The notes beneath the pieces are model-generated. The model worked only from the letters and a program-made list of their open reading frames with translations. It did not search any database and was not told the DNA's origin. A program made the translations under genes and the position numbers. Shown piece by piece: positions 38,215-46,656 of a stretch of DNA of 64,000 bases. The stretch's first letter is position 1. Every line of letters starts with the position of its first letter. Origin of the DNA: an uncultured Bacilli bacterium (GTDB taxonomy: Bacteria; Bacillota_I; Bacilli_A; RF39; UBA660); assembly GCA_934154785.1 (NCBI GenBank), contig CAKPGL010000001.1, forward strand, positions 366,477 to 430,476, given 5' to 3'.

Positions 38215-38982
38215 ATGTATAAAATAAAAAATATAAAAAAGTGTGGTGAATCTAAATATCAAATAGAATTTACAGATAATAGTAAAATTAAAATCTATGA
38301 TAATGTATTATTAAAAAACAATATTTTATTTAAAAAAGAATTAAATGATGAACTTTATAACGGCATACTAAAAGAAAATACTAAGGAGGATAATTATTAT
38401 CAAGTTGTTAAATTTATTTCTAAAAAAATGCGTTCTAAAAAAGAAGTAATTGATTTTATAGATAAACTTGATTATGATTATAAAGAAAAAGAAGAAGTAT
38501 TAAAGAGACTAATTTCTAACCATTTAATTAATGATAAAATGTATGCTAGAGCGTATGTACAAGATAAATTTTCTTTAACTAGTGATGGACCTATTAAAAT
38601 AAGAGAAAGTTTAGTTCATAATAATATTGATAATTCTATTATAGAAGAATTACTAAATGAATTAGATGAAAATGAAATATACTCTAAACTAGAAAAACTA
38701 ATTAACAAAAAAATTAAATCTAATACAACTAAATCGAGTTATGCTTTAAAGCAAAAGATAATTTATGATATGAAAAATCTCGGATATGATATATCTATGA
38801 TTAATGAAATATTGGATAACTCTAATATTAGTAGTAATGGCAATGTTATTAGTAAAGAGTATAGTAAACTATATCGAAAATTTAGTAATAAGTATAAAGG
38901 TGAAGAATTATCTCGACAAATATATTATAAATTACGTAGTAAAGGTTTTAACGATGAAGAGATAACTAATATAAAGATATAA
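38215..38982 (+). CDS. recX: RecX-like regulatory protein
   Basis: Repeated three-helix modules of about 50 aa rich in K/E/Y (YQVVKFISKKMRSKKEVIDFIDKL...). The size is similar to B. subtilis RecX. Start taken at MYKIKN after a GGAGG RBS. Confidence 0.45.
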   Translation: MYKIKNIKKCGESKYQIEFTDNSKIKIYDNVLLKNNILFKKELNDELYNGILKENTKEDNYYQVVKFISKKMRSKKEVIDFIDKLDYDYKEKEEVLKRLISNHLINDKMYARAYVQDKFSLTSDGPIKIRESLVHNNIDNSIIEELLNELDENEIYSKLEKLINKKIKSNTTKSSYALKQKIIYDMKNLGYDISMINEILDNSNISSNGNVISKEYSKLYRKFSNKYKGEELSRQIYYKLRSKGFNDEEITNIKI

Positions 38983-39008
38983 AAAAACTACCGAGCGGTA
39001 GTTTTTAA
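38983..39008. terminator. bidirectional rho-independent terminator between recX (+) and prsA-like (-)
   Basis: aaaaactaccg-agc-cggtagttttt. Confidence 0.6.
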
Positions 39009-39010
39009 TT

Positions 39011-40045
39011 TTATTTGGCTGAATTTAAACTTTTAACATTAGCGTCATAAACTCTTTGAATATCAGTGTCAACAATGCTTAAGTTATATTTCTTATGAAT
39101 TTCAACCCAAGTTTTTTCTGTTAAATTTTTATCATCAGAAATTTTAGCGCTAACAACGTTATCATATAAAGAGTCTTTCATTTCTTCAAAAGATTTTTTT
39201 GGAGTATGACTAACTTTATAAATAATATGATATCCAAATTTTGATTTAACTGGTTCAGTAGTATATTTTCCTACTTCTAGTTTATTAGCAGCATCCCAGA
39301 ATTCAGTAATATATTTGTCTTTAACAACATTATTGATTACACCACCATTACTAGCGCTTCCAGTATCTTTTGAAAATTCTTTAGCTAGTTTTTCGAAATC
39401 TTCGCCATTATCTAATTTTTTGATGATTTCTTTGGCTTGCTCTAAAGCAGCACCTTCCGCTTTTTTCTTTTCATCGCTAGTAGCATTATCAGCAACGTCT
39501 GGTTTGATTAAGATATGTTTTACACTTAACTCATCAGAAACATGCTTCTCATAATAATTTTTTAATTCTTCATCAGTGATACTTTCTTTGATGTATTTTT
39601 TAGCAACTTGTTCGCGTAAATAACTATTCATTACTACTTCTTTAAAAGCATCAACGCTTTCATAACCATTACTTGTTAATAAATCTTTAAAAGATATAGA
39701 AGAATTCTTATATTGTTCTTCATATTGAGCAATAATAGATTCAGCATATTTTTTAGCGTCATCCTTATTTTCTATTTCTTTATTAATAATAAAGTCATCA
39801 ACTAAAGTAGTTAAAACATTATAACCACCTTGTTTATTTAATTCAGTATATAAGTCTTCAGCAGTAAATTCTTTCCCATCGATGCTAGCAACAACTTGCT
39901 TTCCATCAGATAGTTTTGGATGTGTGCCTTTACAAACTAAGCATATAATAACTGTTAGTAAGACAACTATAATACAAATAAGAGTAATAGTAATATATCT
40001 GTTTTTATCCTTTCCTTCTTGTGATGGTTTGTTAATATTTTTCAT
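39011..40045 (-). CDS. prsA: membrane-anchored parvulin-type peptidyl-prolyl isomerase (PrsA-like foldase)
   Basis: PpiC/parvulin domain (KHILIK...FGYHIIYK), SurA-like N-terminal part, N-terminal membrane anchor. Start taken at MKNINKP after an AAAGGAAG RBS. Confidence 0.7.
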   Translation of the reverse strand: MKNINKPSQEGKDKNRYITITLICIIVVLLTVIICLVCKGTHPKLSDGKQVVASIDGKEFTAEDLYTELNKQGGYNVLTTLVDDFIINKEIENKDDAKKYAESIIAQYEEQYKNSSISFKDLLTSNGYESVDAFKEVVMNSYLREQVAKKYIKESITDEELKNYYEKHVSDELSVKHILIKPDVADNATSDEKKKAEGAALEQAKEIIKKLDNGEDFEKLAKEFSKDTGSASNGGVINNVVKDKYITEFWDAANKLEVGKYTTEPVKSKFGYHIIYKVSHTPKKSFEEMKDSLYDNVVSAKISDDKNLTEKTWVEIHKKYNLSIVDTDIQRVYDANVKSLNSAK

Positions 40046-40202
40046 GATATCTTCCTTTCTTGTTTTTATATTTGTATTCAACCATACAAACAATATAATA
40101 ACAAAAAATAAAATAAAATACAATAATTTTATGATTATTCAAGCACATATATTCTAAAATTCCATAGAATAATGTGAAAAGACAAAAAGGAGGATGATTT
40201 CA

Positions 40203-40286
40203 ATGTGTAATAATGGTATATCTGGTGCTGCTATTGTATTAGTATTATTTATTCTTTTAATTATCATACTAGGAGCTTATATTTAA
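40203..40286 (+). CDS. YjcZ-like tiny transmembrane protein (27 aa)
   Basis: MCNNGISGAAIVLVLFILLIIILGAYI. The VLFILLII-LGA core matches the 'tiny TM' sporulation-associated YjcZ family. Confidence 0.45.
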   Translation: MCNNGISGAAIVLVLFILLIIILGAYI

Positions 40287-40304
40287 TAGGTAAGGAGGTT
40301 CAAC

Positions 40305-40430
40305 ATGGCTTGTTGCAATTCTAATGATTCTTGCAATTCTAAATGTGGTTCTTCAAGTATCAATTATGTTATCTTACTAGTATTATATATATTACTTGCT
40401 ATTATTTTAGGAGCTACATTTTATTGTTAA
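40305..40430 (+). CDS. YjcZ-like tiny transmembrane protein (41 aa, Cys/Ser-rich N-terminus)
   Basis: MACCNSNDSCNSKCGSSSINYVILLVLYILLAIILGATFYC. Same hydrophobic core. AAGGAGG RBS. Confidence 0.45.
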   Translation: MACCNSNDSCNSKCGSSSINYVILLVLYILLAIILGATFYC

Positions 40431-40437
40431 TTAAAAT

Positions 40438-40463
40438 AAAATCTACATTAATTTGTAGATTTT
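40438..40463. terminator. bidirectional terminator hairpin
   Basis: aaaatctaca-ttaatt-tgtagatttt. Confidence 0.55.
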
Positions 40464-40464
40464 A

Positions 40465-41523
40465 TTATGCATTTTTATTTTCTGTAAATACTTTGTTATA
40501 ACAGTAAGAGCTTTTTTCTTGCCAATATAAATTGTGAAATTCATTAATTAAATTACTTGCTCGATTAAAAAATGGATAAAAATTTAAATTTCCTTTTAAA
40601 GACATTATAGCAAGGACATATGGCTGTTTATCAAAAACAATAGCAGTATCATGAATTGCTGCAGAATTCCATCCAGACTTGTGTGCGATTTTTATATCTT
40701 TGTTATCTAGAAATATTAATCTGGCTACAGAATTAAAATGGTAGTTTAAAAGTTCTTCTTTTACTTGTGGGTTTTCATTTATAAATTTATATAACTGTTT
40801 CATATATATAGAACCGTCGTAAGATGTGATTGAACCCCAAATATTCCCTGACCAAAAATAATTAGCACCTAAATTTTTCCAATAATCTTTTACTCCTTTA
40901 TTTGAAACATAATAAGATAACATTGTGTAAGCAATATTATCACTATCAACTATAGCTCGTCTTGTAAGTTCTTTGATTGTATAAGTGCTACCAACAGGTT
41001 GAAATTGTATATAACCTGATCCTCCAACGTAGTGTTGTTTTTGATATGTTAGCACTGTTTTTAAATCAAGCTCACCATCTGTATATAATTTATATACGTA
41101 TAAAATTACTGGTGCCTTAATAGCACTAGCAGCAAAGTATGTTTGGTTTTCATTGTAAGATATGTGTAATCCTGTATATAAATCTTCATAAGAAAATGAT
41201 ACTTTTTCATGGGAACTAGAAAAATATTTTTCAATTTCATTATATTTGTTTTTCATTTCATTTGTAAAATCTTCTTGTTTCATTGGTTCTTGATAACAAG
41301 ATACAAAGTTTGATAGATTATTGTCAAGAATATCTTCTTCATAAATATATGTATCATTGTATGTTAAATTAAGTTTAGTATCATCAATATCATTGCCACC
41401 TTTTTCATAAAGTTTAACTTTACTAGATAAAGAAAAAGCAATGTAGATTAATCCTATTATAAAGTACACTCCTAAGACAATTCCTGCTTTCTTTAATAGT
41501 CTTGAAATTAGTTCTTTATTCAT
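40465..41523 (-). CDS. membrane-anchored serine hydrolase (class A beta-lactamase / penicillin-binding-protein-like fold)
   Basis: N-terminal TM helix. S-x-x-K motif in AASAIKAPVILYVY. AGGTGG RBS. Confidence 0.5.
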   Translation of the reverse strand: MNKELISRLLKKAGIVLGVYFIIGLIYIAFSLSSKVKLYEKGGNDIDDTKLNLTYNDTYIYEEDILDNNLSNFVSCYQEPMKQEDFTNEMKNKYNEIEKYFSSSHEKVSFSYEDLYTGLHISYNENQTYFAASAIKAPVILYVYKLYTDGELDLKTVLTYQKQHYVGGSGYIQFQPVGSTYTIKELTRRAIVDSDNIAYTMLSYYVSNKGVKDYWKNLGANYFWSGNIWGSITSYDGSIYMKQLYKFINENPQVKEELLNYHFNSVARLIFLDNKDIKIAHKSGWNSAAIHDTAIVFDKQPYVLAIMSLKGNLNFYPFFNRASNLINEFHNLYWQEKSSYCYNKVFTENKNA

Positions 41524-41643
41524 CTTACCACCTATTATAAATTATAGATTATATTTTTTTTAAAATCAACCTATTATTATTTTTTATTTGCATTTATCAA
41601 TCTATATTGCTATAATTAATATGATGGTAGTTGGAGGATATAT

Positions 41644-43329
41644 ATGAACAAGAAATTAACAAAAACAATACTTAAAAACTGCAAGAAAGAGATTACTCTT
41701 GAATTCTTGGTATGTATAATACTTCGAGGAATATTACTTATAATTCCTATTTTATATAGTAACGCTATTAATTTTGCATCAATAACTTTATATGAAAAAG
41801 CTATTCACATGATAATAATATATGTAGTTGTTATAACTATTTATAAAGTTACTGAATATTTACGCCAAAGAACATTTTATAATTTATATAACAAAATGTA
41901 TAAAGAATATACTGTTAAAGCAGTAGAAAATACTTGTGCTAATTCTATATTTAGTTTATCAAGATTTACTACTGGGGAGTATATGAATATTTTAAATAGT
42001 GACATAGATACTATTTGTAGTTTTTTCTGCAATGCTGTATATAGAAGTGTTCAAATCTTAGAATTTGCATTTATATATTATTATTTTTATACTATCAGCT
42101 TGGAGTTATTTATTGTATCTGTTATATCTTCAATTATAGTTCTTTTGGGTATCTTATTATTTGGTAGACGTTTAGAAAAACTAAATAAAAAAAGAAAAGA
42201 TAGCTTAGATATAAAGACTGGTATTGTAAATGATATTTTTGTTGGTATAAAGGAAATAAAAGGTTTTAATATTTTAAACTTTGTTAGTAAAAAAGTAGAA
42301 ATTGGTGCTGATGAATATGTTAGTGCTAATGCTAAGTATAATAGAGAATATAATTTATCTAATATAATTGCTATATACATATTTGAAATAATACGTTTAG
42401 TAATGTTGATATATGGTATTTATATGATTAAAGATGGATATATGGAAATAGGTATTTTAATGATAATATATAGTTATTTCCAAAAAATAATTGATAACTT
42501 TACTTTAGTATCAACTGTTAATGTAGAATATCGTAGTTTAAATGTATCTTTAAAAAGATATAATAAGATAGTTGAATATGCTAGAAAGAGTATCGAAGAT
42601 GGTAAATTTATAGATAATAATGATACTAATGGCAAAATAGAATTTAAAAATATTTTATATGGATATAAGAATGACCCAGTATTAAAAGACTTTAATCTAA
42701 AGATAAGAGAACATTCTATTTATTCTATTACTGGTGTATCTGACAGTGGCAAAATGGGTATATTTGAATTATTATTAAAACTTAATCGTCAACATGAAGG
42801 TAATATATTAGTAGATAATAATGAAATATCTGAAATAAATGATGAAGCATATTATAAATTAATATCTTATGCTAGAAGTAATCCTATATTTTTTGATTGT
42901 AGTATTAGAGATAACTTAATGCTTGTTGAACCAGACTTTTCTAAAATAGAAAAAGTATGTAAAATGGTTAAGGTACATGATGATATTTTAAAATTAAAAG
43001 ATGGATATGACACAATAATTGGTACAGATTGTACAGTACTTTCATCTACAACAAAGAAATTATTATCAATAGCGAGAGTTATACTTAAAGATAGTCGTAT
43101 TTTATTATTTGATGAAATAATTGATTCATTAGATAAGACTAATAAAAAAAATATTATTAAAGTATTACAAAAATTAAGTGAAGAACATACAATTTTAATT
43201 ATTACTCGTGATAAGGGTATATTAAAATTATCTGATGAAATAATTCTACTTGATCAAGGAAAGGTAGAAGCAGTAGGTAGACATAACGAACTTATGGAAA
43301 CCAGTGATATTTATAAACAACTTTATTAA
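41644..43329 (+). CDS. ABC exporter-type half-transporter (TMD-NBD) with degenerate nucleotide-binding motifs
   Basis: Six N-terminal TM helices. Walker A reads GVSDSGKM (no Ser/Thr after the Lys). The signature position reads LSSTTKK instead of LSGGQ. Walker B is ILLFDE. GGAGG RBS. Confidence 0.55.
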   Translation: MNKKLTKTILKNCKKEITLEFLVCIILRGILLIIPILYSNAINFASITLYEKAIHMIIIYVVVITIYKVTEYLRQRTFYNLYNKMYKEYTVKAVENTCANSIFSLSRFTTGEYMNILNSDIDTICSFFCNAVYRSVQILEFAFIYYYFYTISLELFIVSVISSIIVLLGILLFGRRLEKLNKKRKDSLDIKTGIVNDIFVGIKEIKGFNILNFVSKKVEIGADEYVSANAKYNREYNLSNIIAIYIFEIIRLVMLIYGIYMIKDGYMEIGILMIIYSYFQKIIDNFTLVSTVNVEYRSLNVSLKRYNKIVEYARKSIEDGKFIDNNDTNGKIEFKNILYGYKNDPVLKDFNLKIREHSIYSITGVSDSGKMGIFELLLKLNRQHEGNILVDNNEISEINDEAYYKLISYARSNPIFFDCSIRDNLMLVEPDFSKIEKVCKMVKVHDDILKLKDGYDTIIGTDCTVLSSTTKKLLSIARVILKDSRILLFDEIIDSLDKTNKKNIIKVLQKLSEEHTILIITRDKGILKLSDEIILLDQGKVEAVGRHNELMETSDIYKQLY

Positions 43330-43449
43330 CGTAGGTTAAATATATTTACAAAAAGATAAAAGTTTTATATAATTGATATGTAATAAAAATAAGGGTAGTG
43401 ATAACATGACTAAAACTATTATAATAAATGATTTACAATTTGTTAACCA

Positions 43450-43458
43450 AGGGGGGGG
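43450..43458. repeat. G9 homopolymeric tract, about 115 bp upstream of the 43572 start codon
   Basis: A run of nine G in a genome of about 27% GC, lying between the ABC gene and the large secreted-protein gene. Confidence 0.9.
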
Positions 43459-43571
43459 GTTATAGTCATACCTTAGTAAATAATAAAGACACAAATAGCA
43501 GTTGGAGGTAAGCTCTAATTTGTTTTTTTGTGTCTTTTTGTTGTAATTAAATAAGGAAAGGAAGAATATCT

Positions 43572-45203
43572 ATGAAAGATAGAAATAAAAGAAAATTAAT
43601 AATATACGCTTTAGTTGGAGTATTGATGCTAACTACAGTTGCGTATGCATCATTACAAACAATATTAAATGTATCAGGTACCGTAGTAAAGAAAGGTAAC
43701 TTGTGGAATATATATTTTACTAATTCCAGTAGTGCTAGTATAGTAGGAACAGCAACAGGTAGTAGTTTAAATATACAAGCATCTAAATTAGATTTTTCAG
43801 TAAGTTTATATAAACCTAGAGATAAAGTAAGTTATACAGTAGATATAAAAAATGGAGGAACTATAGATGCCGTATTAAATAGTATATCCTTAACAGGATT
43901 AGATACTGCAAAAAGTAATAGTCTAAATTATACAGTAACATATTCTAATGGAAGTACTATAAAAGAGGGAGATACTTTAAATGCTGGATCAAGTAAGACA
44001 ATAAAGATAACAGTAGAGTTTGATAGTAGTGCGACTAGTTTACCAGAAAGTGATGTTAACTTAACATTTGGAGTAACCCTAATATATGGACAAACCACAA
44101 GTAGTAGTTCTACTGGAACTAGTGGAATAACAAGTAATAATGTTATTGCGGGAATATATGGGAATAGTACTCAAAATGGAACCCCAACGCCAACTAGTCC
44201 AGTAGAGATACAAAGTGTAGGTGAAAAAAGTACTAATTTAATTCCATTTAATTATACTTCGAGAACTAAAAATGGTGTTACTATTACAGTAAATAATGAT
44301 GGCTCATTAACTTATAATGGTACCGCTACAGCTAGCGTTTCATATGAATTGTTTAATGGAAAGATGTCATTGGTTGAAGGAAAAAAATATTATTTTTCAG
44401 ATTGCTACGCTCAGTTGAATGGTCAATCTGGAAATATTATGACAAATGGTTATACAGCTAAGTCTGGAGATTATATCAGTTTAATTTGGATTTGGAATGC
44501 ATCAGGAACAGTATTTGATAATGTCGTAAAAAAACCAATGATTTCTAATAATCAAATTACAAGTTCTAATTATGAACACCCGGGTTATAAAGTACCAATT
44601 ACAGCAAGTAATGGAAGTGATACTAAGACAACAAACATTTATTTAAAAGAACCATTACGTAAAATGGGAGATTCTGCCGATTACTTAGATTTAACAAATA
44701 AGAAAGTAGTAAGAAATGTAAAAGAGTATAAAATTACTGGTAAAGAACAATGGGCACTAGTTTGGACAACTGATACGACTACAATTTATAAATCAGAGTC
44801 ATTGTTTACTGATGCAAAACCTAATAGTAATAAAACAACTATAGGGACAAAGTCCAATAAATTGGGAGCTATTAGTTACGATGGTTATTCTGCTGGTGTT
44901 GCTTCTATGTGGCAAATAAGAAAAAATGACAATTACAAATATCAAGTAGCAATTAATTACTATAATAATTCTTGTGGTAGCCTTTTTATAAAAAATATAG
45001 ATTATAAATCAGATGTTTCAAACTTTAAGAAATGGTTAAGTGATCAATACGATAGTGGAGATCCCGTGTTAGTGGATTATATCTTAACAACACCAACCGA
45101 AGAAAGTGTAAATATACCAGAGCTACCAAGTCTTACCGGTAATGTAACATACAGTATAGGTACAAGTATAAAACCAAGTAGTATAAATTATACTACTAGA
45201 TAA
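43572..45203 (+). CDS. large secreted protein: SipW-type signal peptide, then a TasA-like N-terminal domain, a Ser/Thr-rich linker and the shared C-terminal module
   Basis: N-terminus KRKLIIYALVGVLMLTTVAYASLQTILNVSGTVV...WNIYF matches the signal motif of the three paralogs at 16.4-18.3 kb. Residues ~40-175 align with those paralogs (for example DIKNGGTIDAVLNS vs SWTNGGSIDAAVKK). The C-terminal ~330 aa are shared with the next gene. Confidence 0.55.
   Translation: MKDRNKRKLIIYALVGVLMLTTVAYASLQTILNVSGTVVKKGNLWNIYFTNSSSASIVGTATGSSLNIQASKLDFSVSLYKPRDKVSYTVDIKNGGTIDAVLNSISLTGLDTAKSNSLNYTVTYSNGSTIKEGDTLNAGSSKTIKITVEFDSSATSLPESDVNLTFGVTLIYGQTTSSSSTGTSGITSNNVIAGIYGNSTQNGTPTPTSPVEIQSVGEKSTNLIPFNYTSRTKNGVTITVNNDGSLTYNGTATASVSYELFNGKMSLVEGKKYYFSDCYAQLNGQSGNIMTNGYTAKSGDYISLIWIWNASGTVFDNVVKKPMISNNQITSSNYEHPGYKVPITASNGSDTKTTNIYLKEPLRKMGDSADYLDLTNKKVVRNVKEYKITGKEQWALVWTTDTTTIYKSESLFTDAKPNSNKTTIGTKSNKLGAISYDGYSAGVASMWQIRKNDNYKYQVAINYYNNSCGSLFIKNIDYKSDVSNFKKWLSDQYDSGDPVLVDYILTTPTEESVNIPELPSLTGNVTYSIGTSIKPSSINYTTR
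44173..44699. repeat. 527-bp direct repeat copy A (~95% identical to copy B; contains a ~230-bp stretch that differs at one base)
   Basis: Codes the shared module TPTPTSPVEIQSVGEKSTNLIPFNY...YLDLTN inside the 43572 gene. Confidence 0.85.
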
Positions 45204-45220
45204 TAGAAAGAAGTGATAAA

Positions 45221-46588
45221 TTGAAAAATAAAGGATTTACTTTAGTAGAACTACTAGCGGTGATAGTAGTTCTATCTATTATCGCTTTAATAGGATATTC
45301 TGCAGTAGGAAATGTAATAAGTTCTACACAAGATAATAGTAATAAGATAACTATGAAAAATTACGCTAAAGCGGTAGATCAAGCGGTGTTCTTATATGAA
45401 ATGAATAATAGTGATAGTAATTTATCAGAATTAAATGCAAACTGGCTAAAAGAAAATGTTAAATTTGAGAAAGCAACCGTAGAATGTGAATATGCAACAT
45501 ATGATAAAACAAGTAGTTTATATGGATGTAAAGTAAATGATAGTGATAAGACATATTGTTATATTAGTGATACAGCAGTTGAATGTAATAAAGATAAATT
45601 ATCTAAAATATATGGAGAAAGTATCCAAAATGGAACACCAACTCCAACTAGTCCAGTGGAGATACAAAGTGTTGGAGAAAAAAGTACTAATTTAATTCCA
45701 TTTAATTATATTTCGAGAACTAAAAATGGTGTTACTATTACAGTAAATAATGATGGCTCATTAACTTATAATGGTACCGCTACAGCTAGCGTTTCATATG
45801 AATTGTTTAATGGAAAGATGTCATTGGTTGAAGGAAAAAAATATTATTTTTCAGATTGCTACGCTCAGTTGAATGGTCAATCTGGAAATATTATGACAAA
45901 TGGTTATACGGCTAAGTCTGGGGATTATATCAGTTTAATTTGGATTTGGAATGAATCAGGTACAGTATTTGACAATGTAGTAAAAAAACCAATGATTTCT
46001 AATAATCAAATTACAAGTTCTAATTATGAACACCCGGGTTATAAAATACCAATTACCGTAAGTAATGGAACAGAAACAAAGACAACAAATATCTATTTAA
46101 AAGAACCATTACGTAAAATAGGAGAATATGCTGACTATTTAGATTTAACAAATGGTAAAGTAACAAGATATGTAACAGAAGTAGTATTTACAGGAAGTGA
46201 AACATGGAGTAAATATACAAGTGTAAGAAATCATTATCAAATAACTGTAAATAATAATTTTTTTGATATACAAAATAATTTAATTCTATCGAATTATTAT
46301 AATAACACTAATACTAAAATTAATTATTATTCGTCAGCAGATTATGATGTAATTTCTGCCGATGGCTATAGAATAAGATTTAAAAATAAAGATATTGAAA
46401 CTTTAGAAGAATGGGAAAATCATGTTTTAAATAAATATAATAGTGGGATACCAATAAAAGTAGTTTATGTATTAATGGCACCAACTGAAGAAAGCATAGA
46501 CGTACCAGAAATACCAAGTCTTACAGGTAATGTAACTTATAGTGTAGATACAAGTATAAAGTCTAGTAAAATGGAATATGGATATTAA
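45221..46588 (+). CDS. type IV pilin-like protein (class III prepilin signal) carrying the same C-terminal module
   Basis: TTG start. MKNKG|FTLVELLAVIVVLSIIALIG is a canonical prepilin peptidase site, with Glu at +5. The downstream ~330 aa are near-identical to the C-terminal part of the 43572 protein. Confidence 0.6.
   Translation: MKNKGFTLVELLAVIVVLSIIALIGYSAVGNVISSTQDNSNKITMKNYAKAVDQAVFLYEMNNSDSNLSELNANWLKENVKFEKATVECEYATYDKTSSLYGCKVNDSDKTYCYISDTAVECNKDKLSKIYGESIQNGTPTPTSPVEIQSVGEKSTNLIPFNYISRTKNGVTITVNNDGSLTYNGTATASVSYELFNGKMSLVEGKKYYFSDCYAQLNGQSGNIMTNGYTAKSGDYISLIWIWNESGTVFDNVVKKPMISNNQITSSNYEHPGYKIPITVSNGTETKTTNIYLKEPLRKIGEYADYLDLTNGKVTRYVTEVVFTGSETWSKYTSVRNHYQITVNNNFFDIQNNLILSNYYNNTNTKINYYSSADYDVISADGYRIRFKNKDIETLEEWENHVLNKYNSGIPIKVVYVLMAPTEESIDVPEIPSLTGNVTYSVDTSIKSSKMEYGY
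45626..46153. repeat. 527-bp direct repeat copy B
   Basis: See copy A. The offset between copies is about 1453 bp. Confidence 0.85.
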
Positions 46589-46600
46589 TTAATAGACTAG

Positions 46601-46628
46601 AAAGCTCTTTTGAAATAGAGCTTTTTTT
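46601..46628 (+). terminator. rho-independent terminator
   Basis: aaagctct-tttgaaat-agagcttt followed by T6. Confidence 0.6.
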
Positions 46629-46656
46629 GGTATAATATTATTAGTGAGATGGTTAT

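Noticed and set aside
43401-43460. Small ORF MTKTIIINDLQFVNQGGGL read as a GG-leader peptide, or as a phase-variable coding tract
   Set aside because: With G8, G9 or G10 the frame terminates within a few codons. There is no mature peptide after the GG and no credible RBS. The tract is better read as a non-coding regulatory homopolymer.
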